Below are positions 1 through 7,037 of a DNA stretch of 24,000 nt, piece by piece. Below the pieces are notes generated by a model that searched no databases, had not been told where the DNA came from, and saw only the letters and a list, made by a program, of their open reading frames with translations. How positions within the stretch are numbered: the stretch's first letter is position 1; each line of letters begins with the position of its first letter. The stretch is from Candidatus Saccharimonadota bacterium (GTDB taxonomy: Bacteria; Patescibacteriota; Saccharimonadia; Saccharimonadales; Saccharimonadaceae), in contig JAGOZV010000001.1 in assembly GCA_018064165.1 (NCBI GenBank), forward strand, positions 7,767 through 31,766. The letters are read 5' to 3'. The translations under genes were made by a program, and so were the position numbers.

Positions 1-510
1 CTGTACAAAATTTAATTCGTCTAAAGAATCTGCGTACATTGTGACATAAAAACCAAAGCGAAAGAATTTTTCTGCACCAAGTTGAATTTGGTCACGAAGT
101 TCTTCGGCATCCCCTATGGCCGCCTCAAGGGCAGGATCTCTTACCTGTCCTTTTTCTGCATTTATTGCCATAGAAGCTTCAAGTTGCGTAACTTTTTTAC
201 GTAAATTATTTAAAATTACCTGGCTTTCGACTGGATAAATATATAAACTTATATCTATTACTTCATCTATATTAACTAATGAACTAATCCATCCTGTGTA
301 TATTGAACGAGGATATCCAAAAACGTAAAGTGTGCGTCCATATTTTGTGCCTAATCTAAAATATGAAGAATGAATTTCAATACTACTTGGAGCAATTAAA
401 TCTCGTAAGGTTGTAACACCTTTAAGAAAAATTTCTTCCGTTCTAGCCTGCTCCTGAGCAAGCTGATCTCCCGCAATATCAGTTGCATTTTTTTTCTTTT
501 TTCTAGCCAT
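1..510 (-). CDS. virB4: VirB4/TrsE-like type IV secretion ATPase, first ~170 aa only (gene continues off the left edge)
   Basis: Absent from the ORF track because there is no stop in-window. The minus-strand ATG at 510..508 opens a frame that stays open to position 1: MARKKKKNATDIAGDQLAQEQARTEEIFLKGVTTLRDLIAPSSIEIHSSYFRLGTKYGRTLYVFGYPRSIYTGWISSLVNIDEVIDISLYIYPVESQVILNNLRKKVTQLEAS... The DLIAP, G.KYGRTL.V.GYPR and GW..L segments match what I recall from the pre-ATPase region of Gram-positive VirB4 proteins (Tn916 Orf16 / TrsE / PrgJ class). Walker motifs would lie outside the window. Confidence 0.7.
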   Translation of the reverse strand, partial: MARKKKKNATDIAGDQLAQEQARTEEIFLKGVTTLRDLIAPSSIEIHSSYFRLGTKYGRTLYVFGYPRSIYTGWISSLVNIDEVIDISLYIYPVESQVILNNLRKKVTQLEASMAINAEKGQVRDPALEAAIGDAEELRDQIQLGAEKFFRFGFYVTMYADSLDELNFVQ

Positions 511-1342
511 TTATCCCCCCATTGATTTGATTTGTGGATGGTATTGTTTCAGACGGATTAATAATAACTTCCTTTCTTACGTACGTAGAAGCCGCTTCAT
601 TGAAATTTCCTAGTGGTTCGCGTAAAGCCGTGTCGGGGTTATAGAAATTATAATATAATTCGCCTAACTCTTTTGTATTTAGAGGTACGCTTTTTACACC
701 AACGTGGTGTAAACCATTCATGATACTATCTACACGGTTACCGATTTCAGTTTTTGCTCTTTCGTAAGTTTGACTGTCAATTTTAACAACCGATGGTGGT
801 GCTTTTGAAAATAGAGTATTAAAGAAGCCTTTACCTTGATCTAACGGAGTATTAAGCTCTCCTAATGGAAAGTATGGTACTACAATAAAAAATGATTTAT
901 CCATAATGTTGGCTTGTTGTGACAATATATCTACAAAGTTTATATAATCGTCCATAAGTAAATTCAAGAGCATATTATCATTATTATTGCGAATGTTTAT
1001 TAATTTATCTAAATATGGTCCTATATCTACCCGTTGTGATCTTGCAAGAATTTGTATTGGATGAGTCAAGGAATTAAGGAAATTTTGGTAGCCATATTCT
1101 ATCGCCTCTTTTTCGGTTGGACTCATTAGATCAAAATTTATTGGTTGACAAGCTATTACGGCGCGAAATGTGCCGTCTGTCATAATAACCATATTTTCTC
1201 TTATCTCAGAAAGAAGCAAAGTATTTTGAGTTGAATTAGGATTTTTTGGAGCATCAGGGATATTTTGAGTGATATTATTAGAACCAGCTTCCAGTTGTTG
1301 GTTTGGAAACTGTTGGTTAGGTATTTGTTGATTTGGAGGCAC
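503..1342 (-). CDS. Stand-alone protein resembling the extreme N-terminal domain of VirB4-type ATPases, with a Q/N/P-rich leader
   Basis: ORF-track protein. The segment LLLSEIRENMVIMTDGTFRAVIACQPINFDLMSPTEKEAIEYGYQNFLNSLTHPIQILARSQRVD follows the DG....I.v.p.Nf.L.s..E......y..FLN.....iQi pattern of VirB4/TrsE N-termini. The start is GTG at 1342..1340, with AGGTGGG about 12 nt upstream, so the start is uncertain. The stop TAG (505..503) overlaps the ATG (510..508) of the downstream ATPase ORF within AATGGCTAG. The N-terminus has three PNQQ(I/F/L) repeats. Confidence 0.55.
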   Translation of the reverse strand: MPPNQQIPNQQFPNQQLEAGSNNITQNIPDAPKNPNSTQNTLLLSEIRENMVIMTDGTFRAVIACQPINFDLMSPTEKEAIEYGYQNFLNSLTHPIQILARSQRVDIGPYLDKLINIRNNNDNMLLNLLMDDYINFVDILSQQANIMDKSFFIVVPYFPLGELNTPLDQGKGFFNTLFSKAPPSVVKIDSQTYERAKTEIGNRVDSIMNGLHHVGVKSVPLNTKELGELYYNFYNPDTALREPLGNFNEAASTYVRKEVIINPSETIPSTNQINGGING

Positions 1343-1359
1343 GTTTATAAATTTCCCAC

Positions 1360-2358
1360 CTATCTTAAAGATATTATTACTTCATCTTCACCAAGATTAT
1401 TTTTCTCTTCTGAAATCCTTTTTGCTTGACTAGCTAAAGTTGCAATTGAAAAATCTTCTGGTGCATTTGTTGCAAGTTCTATTATATCAGCTGAAATGGT
1501 ATTTTGGATATCCTTATTTTCTGTTTCTACTTCTTTTACGATAGTCTTATTTATATCAATTGAAGTTTGTGTGGTTGACGTTGGTGATAGAACAGCTTGA
1601 TTCATTGTAGGAAATGGATTTATAACGACATTGCCTATTGGTTTTTCAACTGTGTTAATTAATGGTGTTTCAAGAGCAGGAACTGTGTAATTATCCTGAA
1701 TATTTGGGTAAACTAGTTTATCTACTGGTTGTTCGGTAATTGCAGGATATTGTGTGGGTGATTGTATATTTTTTAATACATCTTGTTTACGCTGAATAGC
1801 AGACTGTTCAAGCCTTTGGTCGATGCTTTGTCCAATAGAGTATTCGTCTGATAAAATATCAATTGAACTATTGGCCTCAAAATATATGTCAGGGTTTAAG
1901 CCATTGGAAATCTCAGGACCATGCGAAGACATTGCTCCTCTGGTAGCCCATCCTTTTGAATCTACTATTTGAGCCAAATAAGAAAATCTTCTTTCTGCCT
2001 CATCTTCAGATAAGTCTTTAGATAAGCTTACTTCTACAACTTTAGGAGCGGATATTTCTACTCTAGACTCAACCCCGTCTGGATCCCAAAGTCTCTTACG
2101 AGGTTTTACATAAAATGAAATAATCGCAGCTAAATAAGTCTCCATAGGTTGATCTTTACGAAGTGGTAACGCAAGAGCAGCAAAAAATAAAATGATAGGT
2201 GCTGGAATAATAGCTAAAATTGGCAATATTTGCCATAAAACAAAAGCTAAAAAACCCATAGCAGCGACAATTAGTAAATATATGAATTGTCTAAAAGTAA
2301 AAGGGCCGAGTAATTTATCTTCCGCCTCGACATCTTGTGGCACTTTATAAATAGCCAT
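1360..2358 (-). CDS. prgI: PrgI-family / VirB3-like T4SS membrane protein with a long low-complexity C-terminal extension
   Basis: The N-terminus MAIYKVPQDVEAEDKLLGPFTFRQFIYLLIVAAMGFLAFVLWQILPILAIIPAPIILFFAALALPLRKDQPMETYLAAIISFYVKPRKRLW matches the PrgI-family pattern: (V/I)P.d.e.edK..GplT.RQ followed by two TM helices. It sits directly upstream of the VirB4-like ORFs on the same strand. Confidence 0.65.
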   Translation of the reverse strand: MAIYKVPQDVEAEDKLLGPFTFRQFIYLLIVAAMGFLAFVLWQILPILAIIPAPIILFFAALALPLRKDQPMETYLAAIISFYVKPRKRLWDPDGVESRVEISAPKVVEVSLSKDLSEDEAERRFSYLAQIVDSKGWATRGAMSSHGPEISNGLNPDIYFEANSSIDILSDEYSIGQSIDQRLEQSAIQRKQDVLKNIQSPTQYPAITEQPVDKLVYPNIQDNYTVPALETPLINTVEKPIGNVVINPFPTMNQAVLSPTSTTQTSIDINKTIVKEVETENKDIQNTISADIIELATNAPEDFSIATLASQAKRISEEKNNLGEDEVIISLR

Positions 2359-2478
2359 ATAATTATTATATCATTAATGGATACGCTTTTCTTTACGAAG
2401 TTAAAGTTTAAAATTTTCTTGTTCTAATCAAGAATATATTGTATTCTTGTTGTATGAATAAGGTAGAAAAATAAAAAA

Positions 2479-2874
2479 ATGAAAAAAATCTTGCTCATTC
2501 TATCAAGTATATTCTTACTGTCTTTGGTGTCTGTGGCGTTTATTGGTACTTTTGTAAATGCCCAGAATAGTTGCGGAGGAATAGAAACTTCTATTATTTC
2601 TTGCGCTAACGATGGAGGAAGTACAGCAAATGTTAAAGATTCTGCTGTATGGCAAATATTAAGAGTTGCCATAAATATCTTAACAGGTGGAATAATGGTA
2701 GCCGCACTAGGTGGTCTAATATATGCTTCCTTTTTATATACTTCATCTGGTGCTAATCCAGAAACAAGAAAAAAGTCTATGACTATAATGACAAATATTG
2801 TTATTGGAATTGTAACCTATGCTTTAATGTGGGCACTTCTAAATTTTATTTTACCAGGAGGAATTGGACTATGA
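2479..2874 (+). CDS. VirB2/TrbC-like T4SS pilin paralog 1 (divergent)
   Basis: It has a signal peptide (MKKILLILSSIFLLSLVSVAFIGTFVNA|Q) and a short Cys-pair segment (NSCGGIETSIISCAND). Two hydrophobic helices are separated by the loop YTSSGANPETRKKS. It is the first gene of a same-strand run of paralogs, and its stop overlaps the next start (ATGA at 2871..2874). Confidence 0.6.
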   Translation: MKKILLILSSIFLLSLVSVAFIGTFVNAQNSCGGIETSIISCANDGGSTANVKDSAVWQILRVAINILTGGIMVAALGGLIYASFLYTSSGANPETRKKSMTIMTNIVIGIVTYALMWALLNFILPGGIGL

Positions 2875-3599
2875 TAAAGCCAAAAACAATAGTATTACTA
2901 ATAATATCTAGTCTTTTCTTTACTTTTTTACTGCCTATAGCAAACCAACAGTCTGTAAGCGCTATTACTACTTCACCTGCAGGTGGGTCAGGAGGTTCTT
3001 GTGCTGGAAGTCAGCATTTCTTTGGCTTCCCTGCGTGGTATAGAGGAGTCACAAAAATAGACAGTAATGGAAATTGTGTTGTAGAATTTACAGGTAATAG
3101 TGACGATATTGGTCCATTTATTTGGAAGATAGTACTAAATGTTATAGAAATAGCGTTAAGGGTAATAGGAATAGTTACGGCGGGATATATTTTATATGGT
3201 GGATTTAGCTATTTAACTGCTAATGGTTCCCCAGATAAAGCCGCAAAAGGCCTTAATTTGATTATGAGTGCATCTATAGGCCTTATAATATCTATAGCAT
3301 CTATAGGAATAATTAATAAATTATTTGAGATAATTCCAGCTGGGACTGCCGCAGTAGATGGAATCTATAAATTAGAAGCTGCAGAAGTACTTAGTAGTGT
3401 GTTATCTATAGTATATTGGATAGCTGGAGCGGTGGCGGTTATTATGATTATTATTGCAGGTATTCGTTTTATAACCTCTGGAGGTAACCCTTCGGGGTTG
3501 CAAAAGGCACGTTCTTCGTTAATTTATTCTGTAACAGGTTTAGTAGTAATAATAATTGCATTCACTATAACAAATGTGATTTTAGGATTTTTTAAGTAA
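2871..3599 (+). CDS. Double-module VirB2-like pilin protein (two pilin cores in one polypeptide)
   Basis: The ORF track starts at 2829, but I prefer ATG 2871: AGGAGG lies 9 nt upstream and ATGA couples it to the upstream stop. The product then begins MIKPKTIVLLIISSLFFTFLLPIANQQSVSA|ITT (signal peptide). It contains two copies of the helix-loop-helix core: ...AGYILYGGFSYLTANGSPDKAAKGLNLIMSASIGLIISIASIGII... and ...IIAGIRFITSGGNPSGLQKARSSLIYSVTGLVVIIIAFTITNVIL. Confidence 0.6.
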   Translation: MIKPKTIVLLIISSLFFTFLLPIANQQSVSAITTSPAGGSGGSCAGSQHFFGFPAWYRGVTKIDSNGNCVVEFTGNSDDIGPFIWKIVLNVIEIALRVIGIVTAGYILYGGFSYLTANGSPDKAAKGLNLIMSASIGLIISIASIGIINKLFEIIPAGTAAVDGIYKLEAAEVLSSVLSIVYWIAGAVAVIMIIIAGIRFITSGGNPSGLQKARSSLIYSVTGLVVIIIAFTITNVILGFFK

Positions 3600-3614
3600 A
3601 GGTAGGTTAAAAAA

Positions 3615-3992
3615 ATGAAAAAAATAGTATTAAATTCACTGGGTACAATGGTTATGGTAATTGGTTCTATGATTTATTTGAACAATCCTGTAAATGCAAT
3701 TGTTCTATCGGATAACTGTCCAACTGGAGGATCTTCAAGTGTTTGTGCCTCGGCAAGCCCTAAAGATGACTTAGGCGCAATTATTAAACAAATAACAAAC
3801 GTAATGTTCTTTATTATTGGTGCTATAGCTGTTGTGATGATTATATACTCAGGTATTAGATATACGACCTCTGCGGGAAATCCAGCAGGTGTTACGGCAG
3901 CAAAAAATTCATTAATATATTCTATTGTGGGGCTTGTTGTAGCTATTTTAGCTTACGCTATTGTTAATTTTGTAGTCACCCGAATAGGATGA
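3615..3992 (+). CDS. VirB2/TrbC-like T4SS pilin paralog 3
   Basis: RBS AGGTAGG. Signal peptide ends ...NNPVNA|I, followed by a Cys-pair variable segment (DNCPTGGSSSVCASA). The conserved core is FFIIGAIAVVMIIYSGIRYTTSAGNPAGVTAAKNSLIYSIVGLVVAILAYAIVNFVV. Confidence 0.7.
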   Translation: MKKIVLNSLGTMVMVIGSMIYLNNPVNAIVLSDNCPTGGSSSVCASASPKDDLGAIIKQITNVMFFIIGAIAVVMIIYSGIRYTTSAGNPAGVTAAKNSLIYSIVGLVVAILAYAIVNFVVTRIG

Positions 3993-4022
3993 TATACTAT
4001 TTAAAAAGAAAAGGATGAAAAA

Positions 4023-4415
4023 ATGTCAAATAAATTAAAAAGTATTCTTATTAGTACATTAATGGTCGCAGTTATGGTTTTTGGCGTGTCTATAATATAT
4101 CAAACAGGAAATACTGAAATAGCAGGTGCAATTAATAGCGAAATAACAAGTGGAATGAATGCTACTTCTGCAGGTACTTCAACACCAACAGACGCTAATG
4201 TTGTAATAAAGAATGTAACCAATATAATGTTCTTTATTATTGGTGCAGTAAGCGTTATTATGCTTATTTACGGAGGCATCAGGTATACTACATCAGGTGG
4301 CAATACAAATAGTGTCACGGCAGCAAAAAATACTGTCATATATTCTATTGTAGGATTAGTTATATCAATTCTAGCTTATGCAATTGTAAACTTTGTTGTA
4401 ACCAATATAAAATAA
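4023..4415 (+). CDS. VirB2/TrbC-like T4SS pilin paralog 4
   Basis: RBS AAAGGA. It has a signal/anchor sequence and then a variable Ser/Thr-rich segment. The core is FFIIGAVSVIMLIYGGIRYTTSGGNTNSVTAAKNTVIYSIVGLVISILAYAIVNFVV. Confidence 0.7.
   Translation: MSNKLKSILISTLMVAVMVFGVSIIYQTGNTEIAGAINSEITSGMNATSAGTSTPTDANVVIKNVTNIMFFIIGAVSVIMLIYGGIRYTTSGGNTNSVTAAKNTVIYSIVGLVISILAYAIVNFVVTNIK
4233..4333 (+). repeat. 101-bp block shared with 4683..4783 (1 mismatch) inside pilin paralog 4
   Basis: Base-by-base comparison at a constant offset of 450 bp shows identity over 4233..4304 and 4306..4333. The single difference is A/G at 4305/4755. Flanking coding sequence of the two genes is only roughly 70-75% identical by eye. 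Confidence 0.9.
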
Positions 4416-4472
4416 TTGATTTATGAGATTGTATCTGTTATAAATAATAGTAACGAAAGGAATAAGATATAA

Positions 4473-4871
4473 ATGTCAACAAGATTAAAACAAATTTTAT
4501 CAAGCCTGTTAATAATACCCATAATGGCATTGGGCGTATCAGCTGCTTTACAGATTAATAATGTTAATGTAGTTAGAGCGACCGAAATGACATTAAGTGG
4601 TGGAGTAAGTAGTAGTCAAGGAGACGACGTCCCACAAGATTTAGCTGGCGAGGTCTTTAAAAATGTAGTAAATATTTTACTATTTATTATTGGTGCAGTA
4701 AGCGTTATTATGCTTATTTACGGAGGCATCAGGTATACTACATCAGGTGGCAATGCAAATAGTGTCACGGCAGCAAAAAATACAATAATGTACTCTATTA
4801 TAGGTCTAGTTGTTGCTATTTTAGCTTTTGCGGTTGTTCAGTTTGTTGTGAATCAAGTAATGGACTCATAA
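4473..4871 (+). CDS. VirB2/TrbC-like T4SS pilin paralog 5
   Basis: RBS GAAAGGAA. It has a signal/anchor sequence and then a variable segment. The core is LFIIGAVSVIMLIYGGIRYTTSGGNANSVTAAKNTIMYSIIGLVVAILAFAVVQFVV. It is followed by a strong terminator. Confidence 0.7.
   Translation: MSTRLKQILSSLLIIPIMALGVSAALQINNVNVVRATEMTLSGGVSSSQGDDVPQDLAGEVFKNVVNILLFIIGAVSVIMLIYGGIRYTTSGGNANSVTAAKNTIMYSIIGLVVAILAFAVVQFVVNQVMDS
4683..4783 (+). repeat. Partner copy of the 101-bp block (inside pilin paralog 5)
   Basis: See 4233..4333. Confidence 0.9.
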
Positions 4872-4891
4872 CATCAGAATATAATAAAAAA

Positions 4892-4919
4892 ACACCCCTT
4901 ACGAAAGGGGTGTTTTTTT
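4892..4919. terminator. Bidirectional rho-independent terminator between the pilin operon (+) and hsp20 (-)
   Basis: Hairpin ACACCCCTT-ACGA-AAGGGGTGT, flanked by an A-run upstream and TTTTTT downstream. Confidence 0.85.
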
Positions 4920-4932
4920 ATTCTTTGATTTA

Positions 4933-5406
4933 TTATTGAATTTGAATTTTTACAGCTTTATCTTGTTTGATCTTTTCAAAACGAACAGTCAAAACGCCGT
5001 CTTTTAAGGTTGCTTGAACGCCATCTTCTTTAACTTGAACAGGTAAAGCAATTGTGCGACTAAACTCGCCCCAATAAGCTTCTTGGATGTGCCAGTTAGT
5101 TGCGTCTGACTCGTCTCCACTGCTTAGGGTGCCACTAATTGTTAAAATACCATCGCTGATACTTACGTCTAATTCTTCGCGGTTAACGCCAGCTGTACGA
5201 GCTTTAATAACAAGACTGTCGTCTGTTTCATAAACATCTACTGCAAGCTGTCCTGGAAGCTCTTCTTCTGCGTCGTTCCAATCGTCGCCTTCCTCTGTAG
5301 TTAAACCGAGGCCCTGTGGCTCAGTAGCCATAAGGTCGTCGTCGTTTAGAAATGCTGATTCTAGCTCATCTTCTATTAATAAATCGTTATTCTGTTTACG
5401 GGCCAT
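4933..5406 (-). CDS. Hsp20 / alpha-crystallin family small heat-shock protein
   Basis: The alpha-crystallin domain is recognisable: LAVDVYETDDSLVIKARTAGVNREELDVSISDGILTISG...WGEFSRTIALPVQVKEDGVQATLKDGVLTVRFEK. The track ORF starts at 5442, but I prefer ATG 5406..5404 (MARKQNND...) because GGAGGA lies 5 nt upstream. Confidence 0.9.
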   Translation of the reverse strand: MARKQNNDLLIEDELESAFLNDDDLMATEPQGLGLTTEEGDDWNDAEEELPGQLAVDVYETDDSLVIKARTAGVNREELDVSISDGILTISGTLSSGDESDATNWHIQEAYWGEFSRTIALPVQVKEDGVQATLKDGVLTVRFEKIKQDKAVKIQIQ

Positions 5407-5454
5407 TGATATCCTCCACTTTTCTCTAGGCACTATTGACAAATTGTCCCTCTC

Positions 5455-5483
5455 ATTATAACTAGAAAATGTATTATAATCAA
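5455..5483 (-). promoter_or_regulatory. Sigma70-type promoter for hsp20 (TTGATT-17 nt-TATAAT)
   Basis: The minus strand reads TTGATT (5483..5478), the 17-nt spacer ATAATACATTTTCTAGT, then TATAAT (5460..5455). The predicted TSS is near 5448, about 40 nt upstream of the ATG. A small palindrome GACAA-A-TTGTC (5438..5448) sits at the predicted +1 and could be an operator. Confidence 0.5.
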
Positions 5484-5514
5484 TATAATAATAGGTAAAA
5501 AGGTAAAAATTACA

Positions 5515-6162
5515 ATGATTGATGCGATGCTTTCTGTTTTAGCTCCTCACTACTGTTACGGCTGTCAAAATCCACCAAAATTATTATGTTCTAAATGTAA
5601 TAAATACAACAGACAAAATTACAACACTTCAAATAAAATTGAACTTGTTACTAAGTATAATACCATAGAGGTTAATTATATTGATGCGCGTGCAGGTGCT
5701 TTGAAGGCAGTAATAGATGGTTATAAATTTCAGCGAGAAAAAAGTTCATACAAAATATTAGCCAGAATGCTGAATGATGTATTCCCTGTTAGTAAGGACG
5801 AAATCATCACTATTATTCCAACGAGTACAGCACACAAAAGAGAAAGAGGTTATGACCACATGAAATTGATTGGAAAATACTATGCAAAATTATCTAATGC
5901 AACTTTTGCAGAGGTAATTGAAGGAAATCGCGCTTATTCGCAGCATAAGAAAAATTATAAAGATAGGCAAAATCTTTCTAAAAATATATTTAGTGTAAAA
6001 AATAGAATAAATCTAAACAAAGATTCCCCTATTATTCTTATAGACGATATATATACTACAGGAGCAACAATAAGGGAAGGATACGAAGCACTAAAGGATG
6101 CGGGCTTTACTAATATAAAATGTAGAGTTATTGCTTATCAGCCATTTAGTATCGACGAATAA
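5515..6162 (+). CDS. comF: ComF-family protein (phosphoribosyltransferase fold, competence-associated)
   Basis: The N-terminus carries a 4-Cys motif (HYCYGCQNPPKLLCSKCNKY). The C-terminus carries a PRPP-binding loop (PIILIDDIYTTGATIREGYEAL). Size is 215 aa. Confidence 0.8.
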   Translation: MIDAMLSVLAPHYCYGCQNPPKLLCSKCNKYNRQNYNTSNKIELVTKYNTIEVNYIDARAGALKAVIDGYKFQREKSSYKILARMLNDVFPVSKDEIITIIPTSTAHKRERGYDHMKLIGKYYAKLSNATFAEVIEGNRAYSQHKKNYKDRQNLSKNIFSVKNRINLNKDSPIILIDDIYTTGATIREGYEALKDAGFTNIKCRVIAYQPFSIDE

Positions 6163-6204
6163 TAGATTATCTGGTAAAATGTTGATTGTACTTAATACAC
6201 AAAT

Positions 6205-6294
<90 letters not shown>

Positions 6295-6311
6295 GAATAA
6301 ATACATAATAA

Positions 6312-6339
6312 AATAACCTGCAATTTGCAGGTTATTTTT
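6312..6339. terminator. Bidirectional terminator between tRNA-Ser(UGA) and the minus-strand pilin gene
   Basis: Hairpin AATAACCTGCA-ATT-TGCAGGTTATT, followed by TTT and preceded by an A-run. Confidence 0.8.
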
Positions 6340-6360
6340 GATTATTGAAATATATTTTTA

Positions 6361-6804
6361 CTACAGGTTACTCCAACCTGCACCGTTACCACTTGTTCCG
6401 GTACCTCCAACCCCTCCACTAGAGGATGATAATGTAGTTAGTAGAAAATTTATAATTGCATAAGATAGAATTGAAATAACTAAACCTACAATAGCGTATA
6501 AAATAGTGTTTTTAGCAGCTGTAACAGCACTAGAATTTCCACCAGAAACAACATATCTTAAACCGCCGTAAATGATCATTACAACGCTTAATGCTCCAAC
6601 AATATATAGAAGTGTATTAGCAACAGTTGTGAATATTCCGCCCGTACCGAATAGGTCTGTAGGCTGACCAGTTCCCTGTGCCGATTGTACTCCCTGTTCT
6701 ACAGAACCACCAACAAAAGCTAATGCACTAGGCTGATAAAGAAAACCTAGAACTGCTATAAGAGTGAACATAACAACAAATTTTGTGTAAAATGAATTTT
6801 TCAT
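6361..6804 (-). CDS. VirB2/TrbC-like T4SS pilin paralog 6 with a Gly/Ser-rich C-terminal tail
   Basis: Strong RBS (AGGAGAA 5 nt upstream). Signal peptide ...QPSALA|F. The core is LLYIVGALSVVMIIYGGLRYVVSGGNSSAVTAAKNTILYAIVGLVISILSYAIINFLL. It alone has an extra tail, TTLSSSSGGVGGTGTSGNGAGWSNL, not present in the other five. Confidence 0.7.
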   Translation of the reverse strand: MKNSFYTKFVVMFTLIAVLGFLYQPSALAFVGGSVEQGVQSAQGTGQPTDLFGTGGIFTTVANTLLYIVGALSVVMIIYGGLRYVVSGGNSSAVTAAKNTILYAIVGLVISILSYAIINFLLTTLSSSSGGVGGTGTSGNGAGWSNL

Positions 6805-6856
6805 GTGATTCTCCTAAAGATATTTATAGCAAAAAAAACTAGAAATGTCTAGATTA

Positions 6857-6865
6857 TGATATACT
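6857..6865 (+). promoter_or_regulatory. Extended -10 element (TGATATACT) upstream of tRNA-Ser(GCU)
   Basis: It fits the TGnTATACT pattern and ends 15 nt before the mature tRNA 5' end. The same 12-mer ATGATATACTTA recurs at 7022..7033. Confidence 0.4.
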
Positions 6866-6880
6866 TAATAAGGAATCTAT

Positions 6881-6973
6881 GGAGGAGTACCCAAGCGGTT
6901 GAAGGGGCGGCTTTGCTAAAGCTGTAGTATGGGGCGACCTGTAGCGGGGGTTCGAATCCCCCCTCCTCCGCCA
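6881..6973 (+). tRNA. tRNA-Ser (anticodon GCU), CCA encoded
   Basis: Manual fold: GGAGGAG-TA-CCC-AAGCGGTTGAA-GGG-G-CGGCT-TT GCT AA-AGCTG, a long variable arm, GGGGG-TTCGAAT-CCCCC, CTCCTCC-G-CCA. Confidence 0.9.
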
Positions 6974-6981
6974 TAATAAAG

Positions 6982-7003
6982 AAAGGCAAAAAGCCTTTTT
7001 TTT
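6982..7003 (+). terminator. Rho-independent terminator after tRNA-Ser(GCU)
   Basis: Hairpin AAAGGC-AAAAA-GCCTTT followed by a T-run. Confidence 0.7.
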
Positions 7004-7022
7004 ATTTTATGCATAAGGTCCA

Positions 7023-7031
7023 TGATATACT
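7023..7031 (+). promoter_or_regulatory. Extended -10 element (TGATATACT) placed for leaderless transcription of the 7038 gene
   Basis: The -10 hexamer TATACT occupies 7026..7031. It is followed by 6 nt (TATATT) and then ATG at 7038. No Shine-Dalgarno sequence is present. Confidence 0.45.
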
Positions 7032-7037
7032 TATATT

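Noticed and set aside
503-520. Split VirB4 as a simple homopolymer frameshift (G6 run at 515..520)
   Set aside because: The downstream frame carries TAA immediately before its ATG, and removing one G creates a stop (GGA TAA), so a 1-nt indel in the run does not fuse the ORFs. I kept the split as a finding, but read-level verification is still needed.
2424-2672. 82-aa minus-strand ORF overlapping the first pilin gene
   Set aside because: It is fully antisense to a better-supported gene with a signal peptide and paralogs. It has no RBS and a low-complexity product.
2829-2870. N-terminal extensions implied by track starts (2829 for the double pilin, 5442 for hsp20, 9592 for the recombinase)
   Set aside because: In each case a downstream ATG has a proper RBS and/or start-stop coupling and yields a canonical N-terminus: a signal peptide, MARKQ..., or MNLEQLKYGLYARKS.
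4233-4783. Possibility that the 101-bp repeat is a DGR template/variable repeat pair
   Set aside because: There is only one difference, no reverse transcriptase is nearby, and the tract covers the conserved TM core rather than the variable segment. Gene conversion is the simpler explanation.
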